Assembly (NCBI GenBank): GCA_000320545.1
Contig: ADNK01000828.1
Span: forward strand, 168,927 to 232,926
From: Bigelowiella natans CCMP2755
Taxonomy: Eukaryota > Protista > Cercozoa
DNA length: 64,000 bases
Direction of reading: 5' to 3'
In this document: positions 1 to 12,720 of the stretch, piece after piece
Position numbering within the stretch: the first letter of the stretch is position 1
How the letters are laid out: each line of letters begins with the position of its first letter
The notes under the pieces: model-generated
The model's database searches: none
The model's input: the letters and a program-made list of their open reading frames with translations, nothing else
Told to the model about the DNA's origin: nothing
Program-made: the position numbers and the translations under genes

Positions 1-162
1 TTGAGAGGCATGCCAGTTACTACCAGTATTCTTCTTCTTGTTATTTTAGAACAATAATGGCCTCAGTTTGGTAGATGCGACAAAGAAATAATAGTAATTC
101 ATCTAGTCATCAGCTTATTACCCAACAAATCGTCAACAACGTGCCAGATACTGCACACAACC

Positions 163-822
163 ATGGTGCCTTACGAGCGGCTTATTAGCCTTCTCCTCCT
201 CCTCCTCAGAGCTAGTACCACACATGCTATTAACATTACTGGTACTGGAGCTTCCTTTATGGACTGTGGTTCTGCGCCGTTGTGTGGTGAGACAAGCTTT
301 TTACAAGAAGCTGAAAGCTGTAAACTTTCCTCTGAAACTCATTTGAATTATTTAGGCGTAATGGTTCTGGAGACGGGTTACGGTATAGTCAACAATGCGT
401 GCTAAAAAACAAAAACAACAACAATATAGTGAATTTTTACTGCATTATAGGCCCATCAGCGTATCACCACGATGTACCATGCGTGCATGGAATCTGGCCT
501 CAAGTTGGAAGCTATGGCTCTTCCCAATGCATCGCTCCTTCTGACACCTCTGATCCAACTTCCATGGCTAGCTGTTATGTACGTTTATCTTCGTTGTGTG
601 TTTGTGTAAAGTAGTACAATATGGAGGAGAGCAACAACTGATTCGTCGTTTTCCACTTAAAGGATGATTTGAGCTTCATGACTCACGAATGGGAGAAGCA
701 TGGAACTTGTGCTGGTGTCAAGGACTCCGACGATTTTTTCAGCCAAGTTTGCTCACTATCAGCGCAGCCTCTCTCGGTGATGCAGCCTCTGAGGGCCCAG
801 GTAGAAATTGATGATAAAGCAA

Positions 823-863
<41 letters not shown>

Positions 864-1779
864 TATATTTGAGTATGTATTTGTGCGGTGTTGTTAGATC
901 ATTCTCCTCGTCCTTATATTGTTCAATTTATTATTAGAGTCAAAGCTTGGCCGACATGGCTAGTGCTTTAAAGAATGGTGGATATCCTGTTTACTACGTT
1001 GACGACGTTGACTCTCAGATCTACATATCTGTCTGTGCGTCCAACGACGGGCAGTGGAAGATCGCTGATGTCTCGCAGTTCTCGACTGTGTGCAAGGGTG
1101 GTGTAATTTAAACGACGGTGACTAATCGATTGTGTTAGCAGCAGCCGCCATGTAGTATTAGCATATATCTGTTTGAGTAGTAGTGATGATAATGTGTGGA
1201 TGATGGTATTATTATTAATCACAGGTACTGCACCTGCACCAGGACCGTCTCCAGGCCCTTCTCCCTCCCCTGGTACTACTACTAGTACTAGTAGTAATGA
1301 TAGTAATAGTATTATGATCAGTTGCGATGCTATAAATAAATTGATGATAATGCATGTATTTCCTGATGGATGCTCTCCTCCTCCCCCCCCCTCCAGGTGG
1401 AAGTAAGTGCATCGCAGACCAGCACGGCCCAGCTTGTTCTTCTGACTCTGATTGCACGCAATATGACTCCTGCATCCGCTGTGCCGGCTCTGGTTATTGT
1501 ACTTGTGTTGATGAGACCACGGGACAATGTGCTGCTGCTGCTGCTACCTCTGCTGCTCAACTATCATCTGCTACCACTCGCACTAGTAAATCTGCTTTGG
1601 CAAATGGTACTACTACGGGTATGAAACATCATCATCGTGGTGGCGGACTAGGCGGTGCACCGTACATGAATTGTGGATCTTCATCGTTATGCGGTACTAC
1701 AAACTAGTATTGGGTTATCATAACAACCTCGACGACAATCGTCGCTGCTAGTAGTGCTGTTTACTTGCTGGCAGGGATA

Positions 1780-1814
<35 letters not shown>

Positions 1815-2773
1815 CCACTAAAACGACATACGCGTAATTTTACATCGACGACTAGTTAGATGTTGCACGACTATTCGCTGCTGCTGCCGCTGCTGCTACT
1901 ACTACTAGAATAGTAATAATCATCGATGATCACACACTTAAATTGTTGATGGGATGTAGGTGTGTTGGTGCTGGAAAGTGGCTACGGTAAACAACAACAA
2001 CAACTACTACTACTACTACTACTACTACTGCTAATGATCTCTTTGTATACATAACAATGCACACTATTTTCTTTTTTAACTCCTCCTTCCGAAGCAACGG
2101 TAAAAGGAATGGTGATTGTTATCATTATCATCTTTAAACCTCCTCATCCATGCAGGCCCACCAGACTATCACCACGATGTACCATGCGTGCATGGAATCT
2201 GGCCTCAAGTTGGAAGCTATGGCTCTTCCCAATGCATCGCTCCTTCTGACACCTCTGATCCAACTTCCATGGCTAGCTGTTATGTACGTTTATCTTCGTT
2301 GTGTGTTTGTGTAAAGTAGTACAATATGGAGGAGAGCAACAACTGATTCGTCGTTTTCCACTTAAAGGATGATTTGGGCTTCATGACTCACGAATGGGAG
2401 AAGCATGGAACTTGTGCTGGTGTCAAGGACTCCGACGATTTTTTCAGCCAAGTTTGCTCACTATCAGCGCAGCCTCTCTCGGTGATGCAGCCTCTGAAGG
2501 CCCAGGTAGAAATTGATGATAAAGCAAGCATGTATAGATATATATTTGAGTATGTATTTGTACGGTGTTGTTAGATCATTCTCCTCGTCCTTATATTGTT
2601 CAATTTATTGTTAGAGTCAAAGCTTGGCCGACATGGCTAGTGCTTTAAAGAATGGTGGATATCCTGTTTACTACGTTGACGACGTTGACTCTCAGATCTA
2701 CATATCTGTCTGTGCGTCCAACGACGGGCAGTGGAAGATCGCTGATGTCTCGCAGTTCTCGACGAAGTGCTAG
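163..2773 (+). CDS. Secreted RNase T2 family protein with two tandem RNase T2 domains separated by a Pro-rich linker, a Cys-rich module and an Ala/Ser/Thr linker (multi-exon)
   Basis: Signal-like start MVPYERLISLLLLLLRASTTHA at 163. Both halves carry CAS-I (VHGIWPQ, ~484 and ~2189) and CAS-II (FMTHEWEKHGTC, ~675 and ~2380) with catalytic His/Glu/Lys/His intact. GT-AG exons join in frame from domain 1 (..SQFSTVCKG) through TAPAPGPSPGPSPSPG, GGSKCIADQHGPACSSDSDCTQYDSCIRCAGSGYCTC and GAPYMNCGSSSLCG|VLVLESGYG into domain 2, which ends SQFSTKC* (TAG 2771-2773). Confidence 0.85.
462..1086 (+). repeat. Copy 1 of near-identical ~620 bp intragenic duplication (RNase T2 core exons plus introns)
   Basis: Matches 2167-2763 almost base for base, including introns. 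The main difference is a (TA)n expansion at ~825-862 absent from copy 2. Confidence 0.95.
2167..2763 (+). repeat. Copy 2 of near-identical intragenic duplication
   Basis: Direct visual alignment with 462-1086: only scattered substitutions (e.g. ttgagc/ttgggc, ctgagg/ctgaag, attattag/attgttag). Confidence 0.95.
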
Positions 2774-2999
2774 ATATTCGAATTACTATGTAGAGATGCA
2801 ACTTTATCATAGAAATTTATCCTTTTTTCCGTCCCAATAGATATTGTTCAGTTGCAGAAGCTTATTCAAATTGTGGTGATTGAATGAACTTCGCATAATT
2901 CAAATGACACTGAATATTTTTGGTACTTCGCAACTGAAGATGTCAATCTAAATTCGACGAAGTTAAAACCGGTACGTTGTATTCAAAAAGTGCAATGTA

Positions 3000-3450
3000 A
3001 AACTAAACTGGTGAAAGCAAATAAACATATTGAGATTGTTACAAGTGCATTCATCAGCGCATACATGCGTATACAAGCGAACACTGCAGCTGCATGCATG
3101 GTGCAGCACCGGGTGTCATGCAAAATGATGCATTTTGTCCGCATCGGCAATGATGTCTGCATGTAGACGGTGTCAGATGCATCATCGCCAAAATGATCTA
3201 CAACTGGATGTTTACAACGTCGTTACAAGCTACTCTTTATCTATAGTAGTGACGGCCATGCGTGCTGCAAAGGCATGTAGAGTCATTTGTATGTAGCAAT
3301 AATTAACGGCTCAACGTGCAAGGATCAAAGCAAGGAGGTCCCATCTAGCTAGCCATGCCGGGGTGCTAACAATTAATGAAGCTTTTGATCAGTGTCTAGA
3401 GTGTGCCTTATTGTTATAATTATGTCTTCTACATATCTAGATATCTGGTG
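3000..3450. other. Weak palindrome-rich (TGCA/CATG/CTAG) island between convergent 3' ends
   Basis: gcagctgcatgcatggtgcagc, caaaatgatgcattttg (inverted arms), tctagctagccatgc, atctagatat. Lies between the RNase T2 stop (2773) and the SET gene stop (3503). Confidence 0.5.
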
Positions 3451-3502
3451 AGTTCAAATAATCGTTACAGCTGCGAGATCATTAGGCAGTAGACTTGTAC
3501 TC

Positions 3503-4778
3503 CTATCGGTTTGAGTCATCCTCATCCGGATCCTTCCAGTTATTTTCATCTTCAAAAATATGTAACAAGAGTGAATGAAAAAGATCAACTTCTAAATGCT
3601 AAGGAGAACCAAAATATTGTGCTTGGCAAATTTTGGTATTGCTTGTGACATACATATTCTGTACATATATACATACATATGTATATATATATATATATAT
3701 ATATATGCAAATATGAATACATTTATCATGTATGCATATGTGACAATTCATTACTTAATATTTTTTTCAAGTTATATAATCCTGAGCGATAACTTTGTGT
3801 AAATCGTCATCACGATAATAAATACCAGTCCACCAGTTGGTGAAGCTTTTGATCGCCTTTCCCGGTACAGATGGAAGCGACTCAAAAGTCTCAAACATGT
3901 CAAGAATTTCCTAATGTTGTATAAGGATGTTATAAATATCATCATCATCATCTACTATTTTTTTACTCTTCATGATCGTCATAAGCTGTATTGCGGATTA
4001 AAGCGCATAAGCGTAGACTATTATAATTATCACACACGATTAAAGTTTTTACTGTTCAACCTCATCACCATCCTCTTTTTTGTTTTTAATATCTCATAAT
4101 TGGGTAGTTATTCTTCAATAACCTGATTTTGGTTCTCCATTCCTTTCTTCGTTGGAATCCCTCGAATAGGTGCCAATCTTGTTCGCACCTTTGCAATTTA
4201 TTGTTGTCCACTCAGTGAGTTGTTTGCTGCTATTCATCGTGGCACAACATGCATTGCATACATACATGCACCAACAAATATTATTTGGAAAACATCAATT
4301 TTGCGATGAGAAATACTGAACATCATCGAGCACCGTTACAACGAACCGATAAAATTTCTTGTGCTGATATCAATATTGTAATGACTACAACGATCCAACC
4401 TCTTCCATATTCTCTCTCTCTCTCATTCTACATTACTAATATTATCTAATGTAATCATTATTAATCAATATGATTATTATCACCGTATCCATAAACGACG
4501 AAACAACTTGCTTCTCACCAATACGAAGCAGCTACGAAGTAGTAGTAGTAGTAGTAGGAAGTAACGAGATGTTGATAAAGTAGTACGATAGTTGTGCGTG
4601 CACACGATAAATATACCCTAATACAATCACTTATACCCCCTTATACCCTCCTCCTCCTCCTCCTCCTCCTCCTCCTCCTCCTCTCCTCCTCTCCCCCTCC
4701 TCCTCTTCATGACCATACTCAAATCACGATAACTTCTTTACTTGAGCATAGCTCATTGATATCATTACAATTCCTTTA

Positions 4779-4813
<35 letters not shown>

Positions 4814-5378
4814 GTACTAACTTAACAGTAAAGCACAAAACATTATCAACCGCTGCTAACTTTGCCGGAACAGAAGATTCCATGTCTTTGAGAACAAATC
4901 GGTCAGAGTCAGTGTCAGGAGTCCGATATCCCTGATAGATAGATAAATGCTTATCGTCGTCGTCCTCCTCCTCCTCCTCCTCCTCCTCCTCATCATCATC
5001 ATCATCATCATTATGATCATCATCTTCGAACATACCGCAGAAATCATCCTAGCCTCGGTTAGTAAGAGCTGCAAAATCTGTTCCAAAAAATCATTATCAT
5101 TTTATGTTCATAGTATTAATCCAGTATTTCCTCCTCCTCCTCCTCCTCCTCCTCTCCTTCTCTCCCTCCTCGCCATCATCATCATCATCATCATCATCAT
5201 CATTGGGTAGTCACGTTATCAAATTGTCAATACCGACAGACACAATTGCTACTACTACTACTCTTATCAACACCATCAGAAAGCTTGTAGGAATAGGTTT
5301 CGTATATCTTACACGTGTTTGTAGTCATTAAATCGTCACATTAATTCTTCTTGATTACGACGGTATGAGGTGCAGTAG

Positions 5379-5411
<33 letters not shown>

Positions 5412-6234
5412 TATGATAGTGATAGCAACCTCGTATTCATTCATTTCACTTATCGGCTTGTCGCCTTCAAAATCAAGCTTTAACAGCTCATCGGTACTAC
5501 ACACAGTAGTAGTGATAGTCATTTAGTTGTTGTTTGCATCATGATGATATATTCAACCATGCAATACTACTACTACTACTACCACTACCACTACTACAAC
5601 TACTGCTGCTACTACTTTTGCAGTCGTGATAAGCGAAGATATCTGCCAAGCATAGCAATATAAGAAAACGGATAAGATTAGGAGGGTAGTAGGAAGAAGA
5701 AGAAGAAGAAGTAGTAACATATAGACGACGTGGTGTGTATGGAAACATTGTCATCGTTATTGTGGTGGTGTGCGTACGATAACAGCTCTAGCGGAAGTCG
5801 GTCTTTGTAAACGAGGAATGTCTGTTCTTCGGACATGTTGTAGGCATCCAAAATCTTAACCACGAAGAAAAACAAAAGCAAGAACAAGAACAAAAGACCA
5901 CCAACGAGAAGAACAAAATCAAAACAAAGAATTATCATCAAACTCACGAGTTGTCAATGAGTCATGTATTACTAGTTATGATTTATGATCCAATGATGCA
6001 ACCCCTACTACTCTACCTACTACTCTACAAAATGAATGAACAGTACAATGAAGTCACTAATGCACTTGATAGTACTACTCTTTTAAACTCTCTCTCTTAC
6101 CTGTTTCTTCGCTGTATACAAAGCATCAGCCATTACGACGTTTGCTTGGACGGTTACAAAGTCGTCGGGGTTATCAGATCTAGGAGAGAATGAGTAACAC
6201 ATGATCTCTCTTAATGGACAACATTCTATGTATC

Positions 6235-6280
<46 letters not shown>

Positions 6281-7335
6281 CCATAATATTGATTTATGAT
6301 CATTACATATTGATTTATTTTATCGGTTTCATCACAGTTATTATTATCATTATCATACTATTCATATCTTGGTGATTTTTATACCATATATCAGCACGAC
6401 TACTACTCGTACAGAATGAAACACAGGGCAGTACACAAAGTGAGGTAGTAGCAGAGCAGCACCCACCCACCTACAATATCCCTTGGTCAAGAGAAGCTCA
6501 GCATTGGACATACCTGAACAACAATTCAACAACAACAATCAATCATCAAATTGTGATAACAAGAACTAGTTAGCTGAAAAGGAGATGATGTAGTAGTAGC
6601 CAGTATCATATCCAATGCTGCTGCTGTTGTTGTTGTTGTTGTTGTTGTTGTTCCTGCTTTTGAACTAATAATAGCCTTCTTTTTAACTAATAATATCACC
6701 CAATTATGTATTATTATCTCTTTGTGTTGCTGTTAATGATACGTATACCGTGAATGAAGGATTTAATAGGGTTGATACTCTCCCTCTTCTTCTTTTTGTA
6801 ATGGTTGTTGTTGGTGGTGGTGGTGGTGATGATGGTGATGATGATGATGGAAATGGTTGCTAACCAACGGGCTCTGTGACATAGATTTCATCTCCTTTTC
6901 CAATCTATGGTCGGTATGGATTAGACAAAAGAACAAACAACTTAGTAGTAATAGTAGTCATAAATCATCAACTTTAAGAAGAGAAGGAGAGATATAGAGA
7001 GAAGGCGAATAATGATTGATGACAATAAGGCACATAGTGTTATTACCTTGGTATCAGCGGTCAAGACTACCGCATCTTTGCTTTGATCGTAGTCAAGGGT
7101 GGCCATCAAAGTAGTACCACCAGTTGAAGAAGAAGAAGAAGAAGAAGAAGAAGAAGAGACTACAACCCTTGGAAGAAGCTCTGTTAGCGGTACCAAAGCC
7201 ACCTGTTTCACTGACTCTAGATACACCTAGAAGAAGAAGAAGAAGAAGAAGAAGAAGAAGAACATCAACAACAAGAAGTTGTAGCAGTAAGTCCTCTCAC
7301 ACACACTCAGTCGTTGGTTGTTGCTGCTTATCTTG

Positions 7336-7371
<36 letters not shown>

Positions 7372-8123
7372 CGCCGCACCGCGGTTTATACGAATATCAG
7401 TGATCATTTTCATTATCATCCTCCTCCTTCTCCTCCTCCTCCTCCTCCTCCCCATTCTTCTCTATTTCACCATCATTCAGATATTATTAGTAGTAATAAA
7501 AACCAACCAACCCCGTGAGCCAAAACAACCGAGAATGCGTCTACAAAGGCTTGGAACGTAAGTCCTCCACGTAGTGCATCCAGTGATGACGACGAAGAGG
7601 AGGAGGACGATATTAATTCATCGATTTTCTGATGATGATGATGATGATTACGATGATAGTAAATCTTGTTAGTCGTCATACAACACCGGTATATCTGCAT
7701 CATCATCATGATCATCATGCAAGATGATCACTGTTTATGGTTATATTATTATCCTCATTATTCTGATCATCATCATCATCAACATCATTCTAGTTCCTAC
7801 TACTACTCTACCTGTTCAAGTGCTATCCATCTTTTCTCCAAAGCCTTAATTCAAAACATTGAAGCGAGTAGTAGGAGTACATTTACACATTATTTATTAT
7901 TATTAAAAGCCTTCTCCAGCAACTTTCTCAAAATAGACTAATTTCTACTCATTATATCTTCTCTTCCCTTGTACATATTATAATGCGATCTACTACTTCC
8001 TTCGATTATCTACCTGAACTCGTTGATTTGCTTCCTCTTTTATGAAAGAGCCTTGGAGAAGTGAATTACGTTCTTCCGATGTCCAGGTTATCGGAGAATA
8101 TCTGATTATGATAAGATCACATA

Positions 8124-8159
<36 letters not shown>

Positions 8160-9099
8160 GGCAAAATCAAATCCAGAGAATAATAATGTAAGAAGAACAA
8201 GAATAAAAACAAAAAAAAATACAAATAAGAAACAATATGGATATGTACATATATACATTTCGTCTGTTGTGGGTTTTGTTTGGAATGTATTTATGTGTTC
8301 TTGAAGCATCCACAAATATTTATCAACGAGTGTTTCTCTAGTGTGTAAAGTTATTTCATCATCATCATCATCATCACCATCATCATCATATCACCATAAC
8401 AAATAATTTTAATAATCGTAAAGACTGCTTCTACTTACGTGAATAATGGCAAAGTTTTAAAGTACCCAACCCATTTCGAATCCTGATGCAATGAATTATT
8501 CAATCAATGAATAGACGATAACGATGATGACGATAATTGAATAGATGCTCCAATTATGCACATACGTCGTTATTGTTATCATTCAGTGCTATATCTGATT
8601 CAGATAAAAATGATGATGATGATGATGGTGATAATGAGCAATAAAATGAACTACTTCTCTATTAAATATTGTAGCACATTACTTGTCCTAATGCTCTTTC
8701 TCTCATAATCCACAATGCGAGGGATGTTAAAGTATCTTGCCCTTCCGAAAGCTGGTAGTAGTTTTGTGTGCATGCATATTATAAAGAAGGAAGAGGTGGA
8801 GAAAACACGCAACGTCGTCCATTTTTTACGACGTCATATATTTGAGATCAAATGCATCAAAAACAAAAACAATGGCAGCAGCAGCAGTAGCATATAGAAA
8901 AACCAACCTCCTTGAGTAAAGGGTCGTCCTCTACATCCTTCTTTGTGATACAAAGCATTGATGGAACGCTTAAGATGGGCTCACCTGTCATTATCATCAT
9001 CATCATCATATTATCATATCATCATCATGTGAGATAACCTATTTCAATTGTGGCCTCCCTTGCTATCGTGCGTGTATTATAATTTTGTATATACCATAA

Positions 9100-9132
<33 letters not shown>

Positions 9133-10310
9133 TAATAATGATAAAGATAGATAATAATAAAACAAAAAAGAACGATGTATACAAACCCTTTGGAATCTCC
9201 TCAGTGCTAATCATGCTCATTCGTCCGCCTAGCATTGCCGGTTTCATCTTCTGCATGTTGGTTATTCAAGATGATAAAATCACGATGATCGCAATGCACA
9301 TCACGCATGCATGAGAGGTGAGTATAAACATTGCTTATTATATGTGCATCTTAAAGTGGTTTGTTCCACCACATCCGTGAGGCCTTTTGACTGGAAGAAT
9401 TCATAGGCTTGCTCTACGAGGTTGCTAGCTACATAGATAAGTTAATAAAGTAGTAAGGAAAAAACGTTATAATAAGATGGCAGAAGGAAATAAAATTAAG
9501 CTTACTAAAGATAAATTAAGGTAGTAGAAGGTAGGCTTAATTTAGATCAGCAATGCCGCATTGTTTGTTTGATATTAGCTTCAGGTGCAGTTGACGGATT
9601 CCAAACCTGGTTCTGGCATGAAATCAGGTATTTTCGACACACTTTGCAGATTTGCAATAGTGGGGATGGTTGTTGCTCTAGGGGAATGATGCTCAAGTCT
9701 TCGAAGTCTTCGCACCGAAAAGCCTAAAACAAAAAGACGATATGCAAGAAACATAAAGGTATGTTTGAAGCCGTATACCGGCACATAGGCACATGATTTT
9801 GTGCATCGAGCTTAATATGCTCTTTCAGCATCATCCTGGGGATCTCTCGTCCATGCAGGAGGTTCGTTGTTGTGGTTGTTGTTGTTGGAGGGGGAGGAGG
9901 AGGAGGAGGAGGAGGAGGGTTTAAATAAATTTATTCGACGTTAGCAAAATTTTGTCGCTCTCTCTCTGACAGAACTCCCCCTCTTGATACTACAATACGA
10001 GGAGGGGCGAAAAAGCAGGACAGGTTTCTCATTGTTAATGAGGAGGAGGGAAATAAGTGCTACCCCGAGCCTGGGACTTCCTATGCAAAAAAGTCGATTT
10101 GGACGAGCTTGTGAACCTTCTTCCAACTATAGAACCTGCTGCATATGTTATCGCTGATGAAATAATGCAGCAAGAACCACAAAGGAGGGTATTATAAGCA
10201 CTACTCGAAGGTACCTTGGACCACTTGGTTCATAATGAGGAGACAGCAAAGTAAGACAGGGGAGGGCATGCTTTTTCGAAGAACCCATCTATTGTCCGAC
10301 AAGATGCACA
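3503..10310 (-). CDS. Rubisco LSMT-like SET-domain protein with LSMT substrate-binding domain, probably plastid-targeted; 5' end approximate
   Basis: Minus-strand exons splice to family motifs: EEIPK|GEPILSVPSMLCIT, SLALWIMRERALGQ|DSKWVGYFKTLP, SPITWTSEERNSLLQGS, FVDAFSVVLAHG, VALVPLTELLPR, LDYDQSKDAVVLTADTK|IGKGDEIYV..GMSNAELLLTKGYC, DNPDDFV, LPLELLS|YLRLSRLQ, ISEMNEYE|ILQLLL, LLRIGEKQV, VRTRLAPIRGIPTKKG, ending DEDDSNR* (TAG at 3503-3505). Ser/Thr/Arg-rich pieces at 9.6-10.1 kb resemble a transit peptide. Start codon not resolved. Confidence 0.85.
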
Positions 10311-10408
10311 TCGTAGTTTTGGTAGGTAGGGATGCTGCGCAACGAGGAGGAGGAGGACGAGGAGGAGGACGAGGAGGAGGAGGACACGAGGACAGCAAGT
10401 CCTGCTCG

Positions 10409-10600
10409 TACCAGAGACTCGTTCTACTTCTGCTAATTTTTTATTCTCCTTGTCGTCAATACGAAACCCGATCCAATACCATGATGCGACAACGGAGAAA
10501 ATCAGGAAAATTGGGATAAACCTGTAAGCATAAATCCAACATGAAAATTGTGTCATTGGGGAGAGCCAAGGTTGTATAGAGAATACGACATCTGAAACTG
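10409..10600 (-). CDS. Possible exon encoding a hydrophobic/TM segment (small separate gene or 5' exon of the SET gene)
   Basis: Open frame SDVVFSIQPWLSPMTQF..RFIPIFLIFSVVASWYWIGFRIDDKENKKLAEVERVS with non-repetitive coding-like composition and a GT donor (tctg|gtacga). Linkage to other exons is unresolved. Confidence 0.3.
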
Positions 10601-11034
10601 CGAATTATTCATGATGTAATGGGCTAAGGTTGTAGGGAAGTATACCTAGCGTGATCTGAATTCATGAGTGAACTTGGTAAAAAGAAAGAAAGAAGACAGA
10701 CCGAACTAATATAGAAAGAGAATTGAATCTACGACGGAGGGGAAGGGAAGGTAGTAGCCACCCGCAGTAAGAAGAAGAAGAACAACAACAACATCAACAA
10801 CCAGAACAAGAACAAGAAAAAGGAAAAAAGCACAGGCACTGACTAGAGAGCTCTTATAGTTCCTCTAGGAAGCAAATTCCAAATCTGCATCAGGAATAAA
10901 GCTAAGCCATCGTTGTGACAAATAAATTCATTGATTTTGACTTCTGATAGACAGATAGGCAGACGGACAACAGCAGTAGCAGCAGAAAATTACGAGATTA
11001 CCCACAGAAGTGCAACGGTAGCAGCGTCCTCAAC

Positions 11035-12682
11035 ATGGATTTCCTGAAGAAAGGTCTTGCCTCTGCAAGCAAGATGGTGGGTTCAGCGTCGGACATGCTC
11101 ACATCCGGTGTACTTAAGGAGAGGAGGGACAAGTCGTTGGAGGATGACAGGCAAAAACTCAAGGCCTTGGAAAAGATGTTAGCAAACTTTAAAAAGACAC
11201 TCAAATCCTTCCAAAAGAGGGCATCTAGTCAATCACTTGCACAGCTTCAACTTGCACAGGTTAGTGAATTTATAGTTGTCGTTCTTTTTTTTGCAGCAAG
11301 CAATTACAGTCTGATATCTTATTCAAAGGATTGCCTGTATATTTTTGGCATTGTGGTAACATTTTTTTTGCCGTTATGGTATGTTCGTTAGCACATTGGT
11401 GTAGTCTACAAGGCAAGCAAATCCAGGCAAAAGTCCATTCGAGAGTTCATTGACATCCACACTCAGCTCGATTCGGTACGCTGCCATTAACAGTGATTTA
11501 ATGAAAAGTAAAACCTCTTCTGAAGAAAATTTCTCGCACTCAATATTAGTTATATTTATTGAAAAAGTTTATCCTCTCCCTTGTCATTAGAGTGTAACAG
11601 TCGTAGTATTGACTCCTTCATTATATTATCTAGATGACAGGAGGGATGTTCCATATGAACTTCGATGACGTAGTTGTATCTGTCATTGATGAGTGGGCCG
11701 ATTTAACAAGGAAAACCGCAATATTTCTTAAGAAAACTAATACAGAGATTAACCGGTTGAGAAAGGTAAGGTTGCCATTTCTCTCCTTTTAGTTCGTCAA
11801 TAGCTGACTCGTGGAAGCAGTAGCAGCAGTAGCGGGTGTAACTGTGTGACATTTCTACTATCCTTTCATAACAACACAGGAGGAAGCAGAGTTCATCCGT
11901 GAAAAAAAACAAGCTTTGAAGGCCAAGGATATGGGGAGGTTAAAATGTCATAGACACGCCATCACCATCATCATAACCATTATTATTTGGTTTCACCAGA
12001 TTGACAGAAGAACACAGGAAAGAGATTCGCATGCGAGAGAGTCGGGTGAATCACGTCAAAGGCGTGGTGGCTCAGATGAAATCCGATGTATGTGCGTATA
12101 TCGCTTTATATATTAAAGTATATAATGTGAACGTGTGGGAATGTGAGTAATCTTTAATATGTTTGAATATGAATCAGAAGGTCAGTTGGTACTTAGTTGT
12201 GATAACCGTTACAACAATTATTCAAAAGAAGATTACAAAACAACACCCCTTTCCTTCTTATTATGTTTTTATTATCACCATCGTCATCATCATCATCATC
12301 AAAGCCGTACAAACAATATTACAATCAGTTAAAAGCCATGGTCAAAAAACTGGTTGACAACCGATTCTCCATTTTCGACGAGTGTTTTGTGCGATTGATG
12401 GAAACGCAGGTAACCAGGGACTATTGTGAAACACAACATAAGTATTTTCCTGCTTGACATTATTTCCGCAATCCGAACTTAATAAACAACATTCTTTACG
12501 TTATATTTGATGCATCGTTGTTATCACGCCATCCATTATTCTAACCCGCATGTGCACACTATATGTTTAGGTGTCCTACTATGAGAAGGCTGCAGAAATG
12601 GTGAAAAGCCTGAAAGTGAAAATAAATGTGTACCGTTCTAAGCGAGCAAGAATCCTCTCTTCTCCTGGTACGAAGGCCTATT

Positions 12683-12720
<38 letters not shown>

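Noticed and set aside
7846-7937. Apparent GC-AG intron with AAG|GCTTT at both ends and a mini-exon SILRKLLEK
   Set aside because: Skipping it gives a canonical GT-AG intron and a better family-like reading (EEANQRVQ|ALEKRWIALEQ), so no GC donor is needed.
4594-8315. Numerous ORF-track proteins rich in poly-L/I/V/H/Y/D
   Set aside because: Translations of intronic trinucleotide microsatellites or antisense frames. The real exons are short minus-strand pieces of the SET gene. The same applies to most ORFs at 13-18, 25-36, 44-45, 52 and 62-64 kb.
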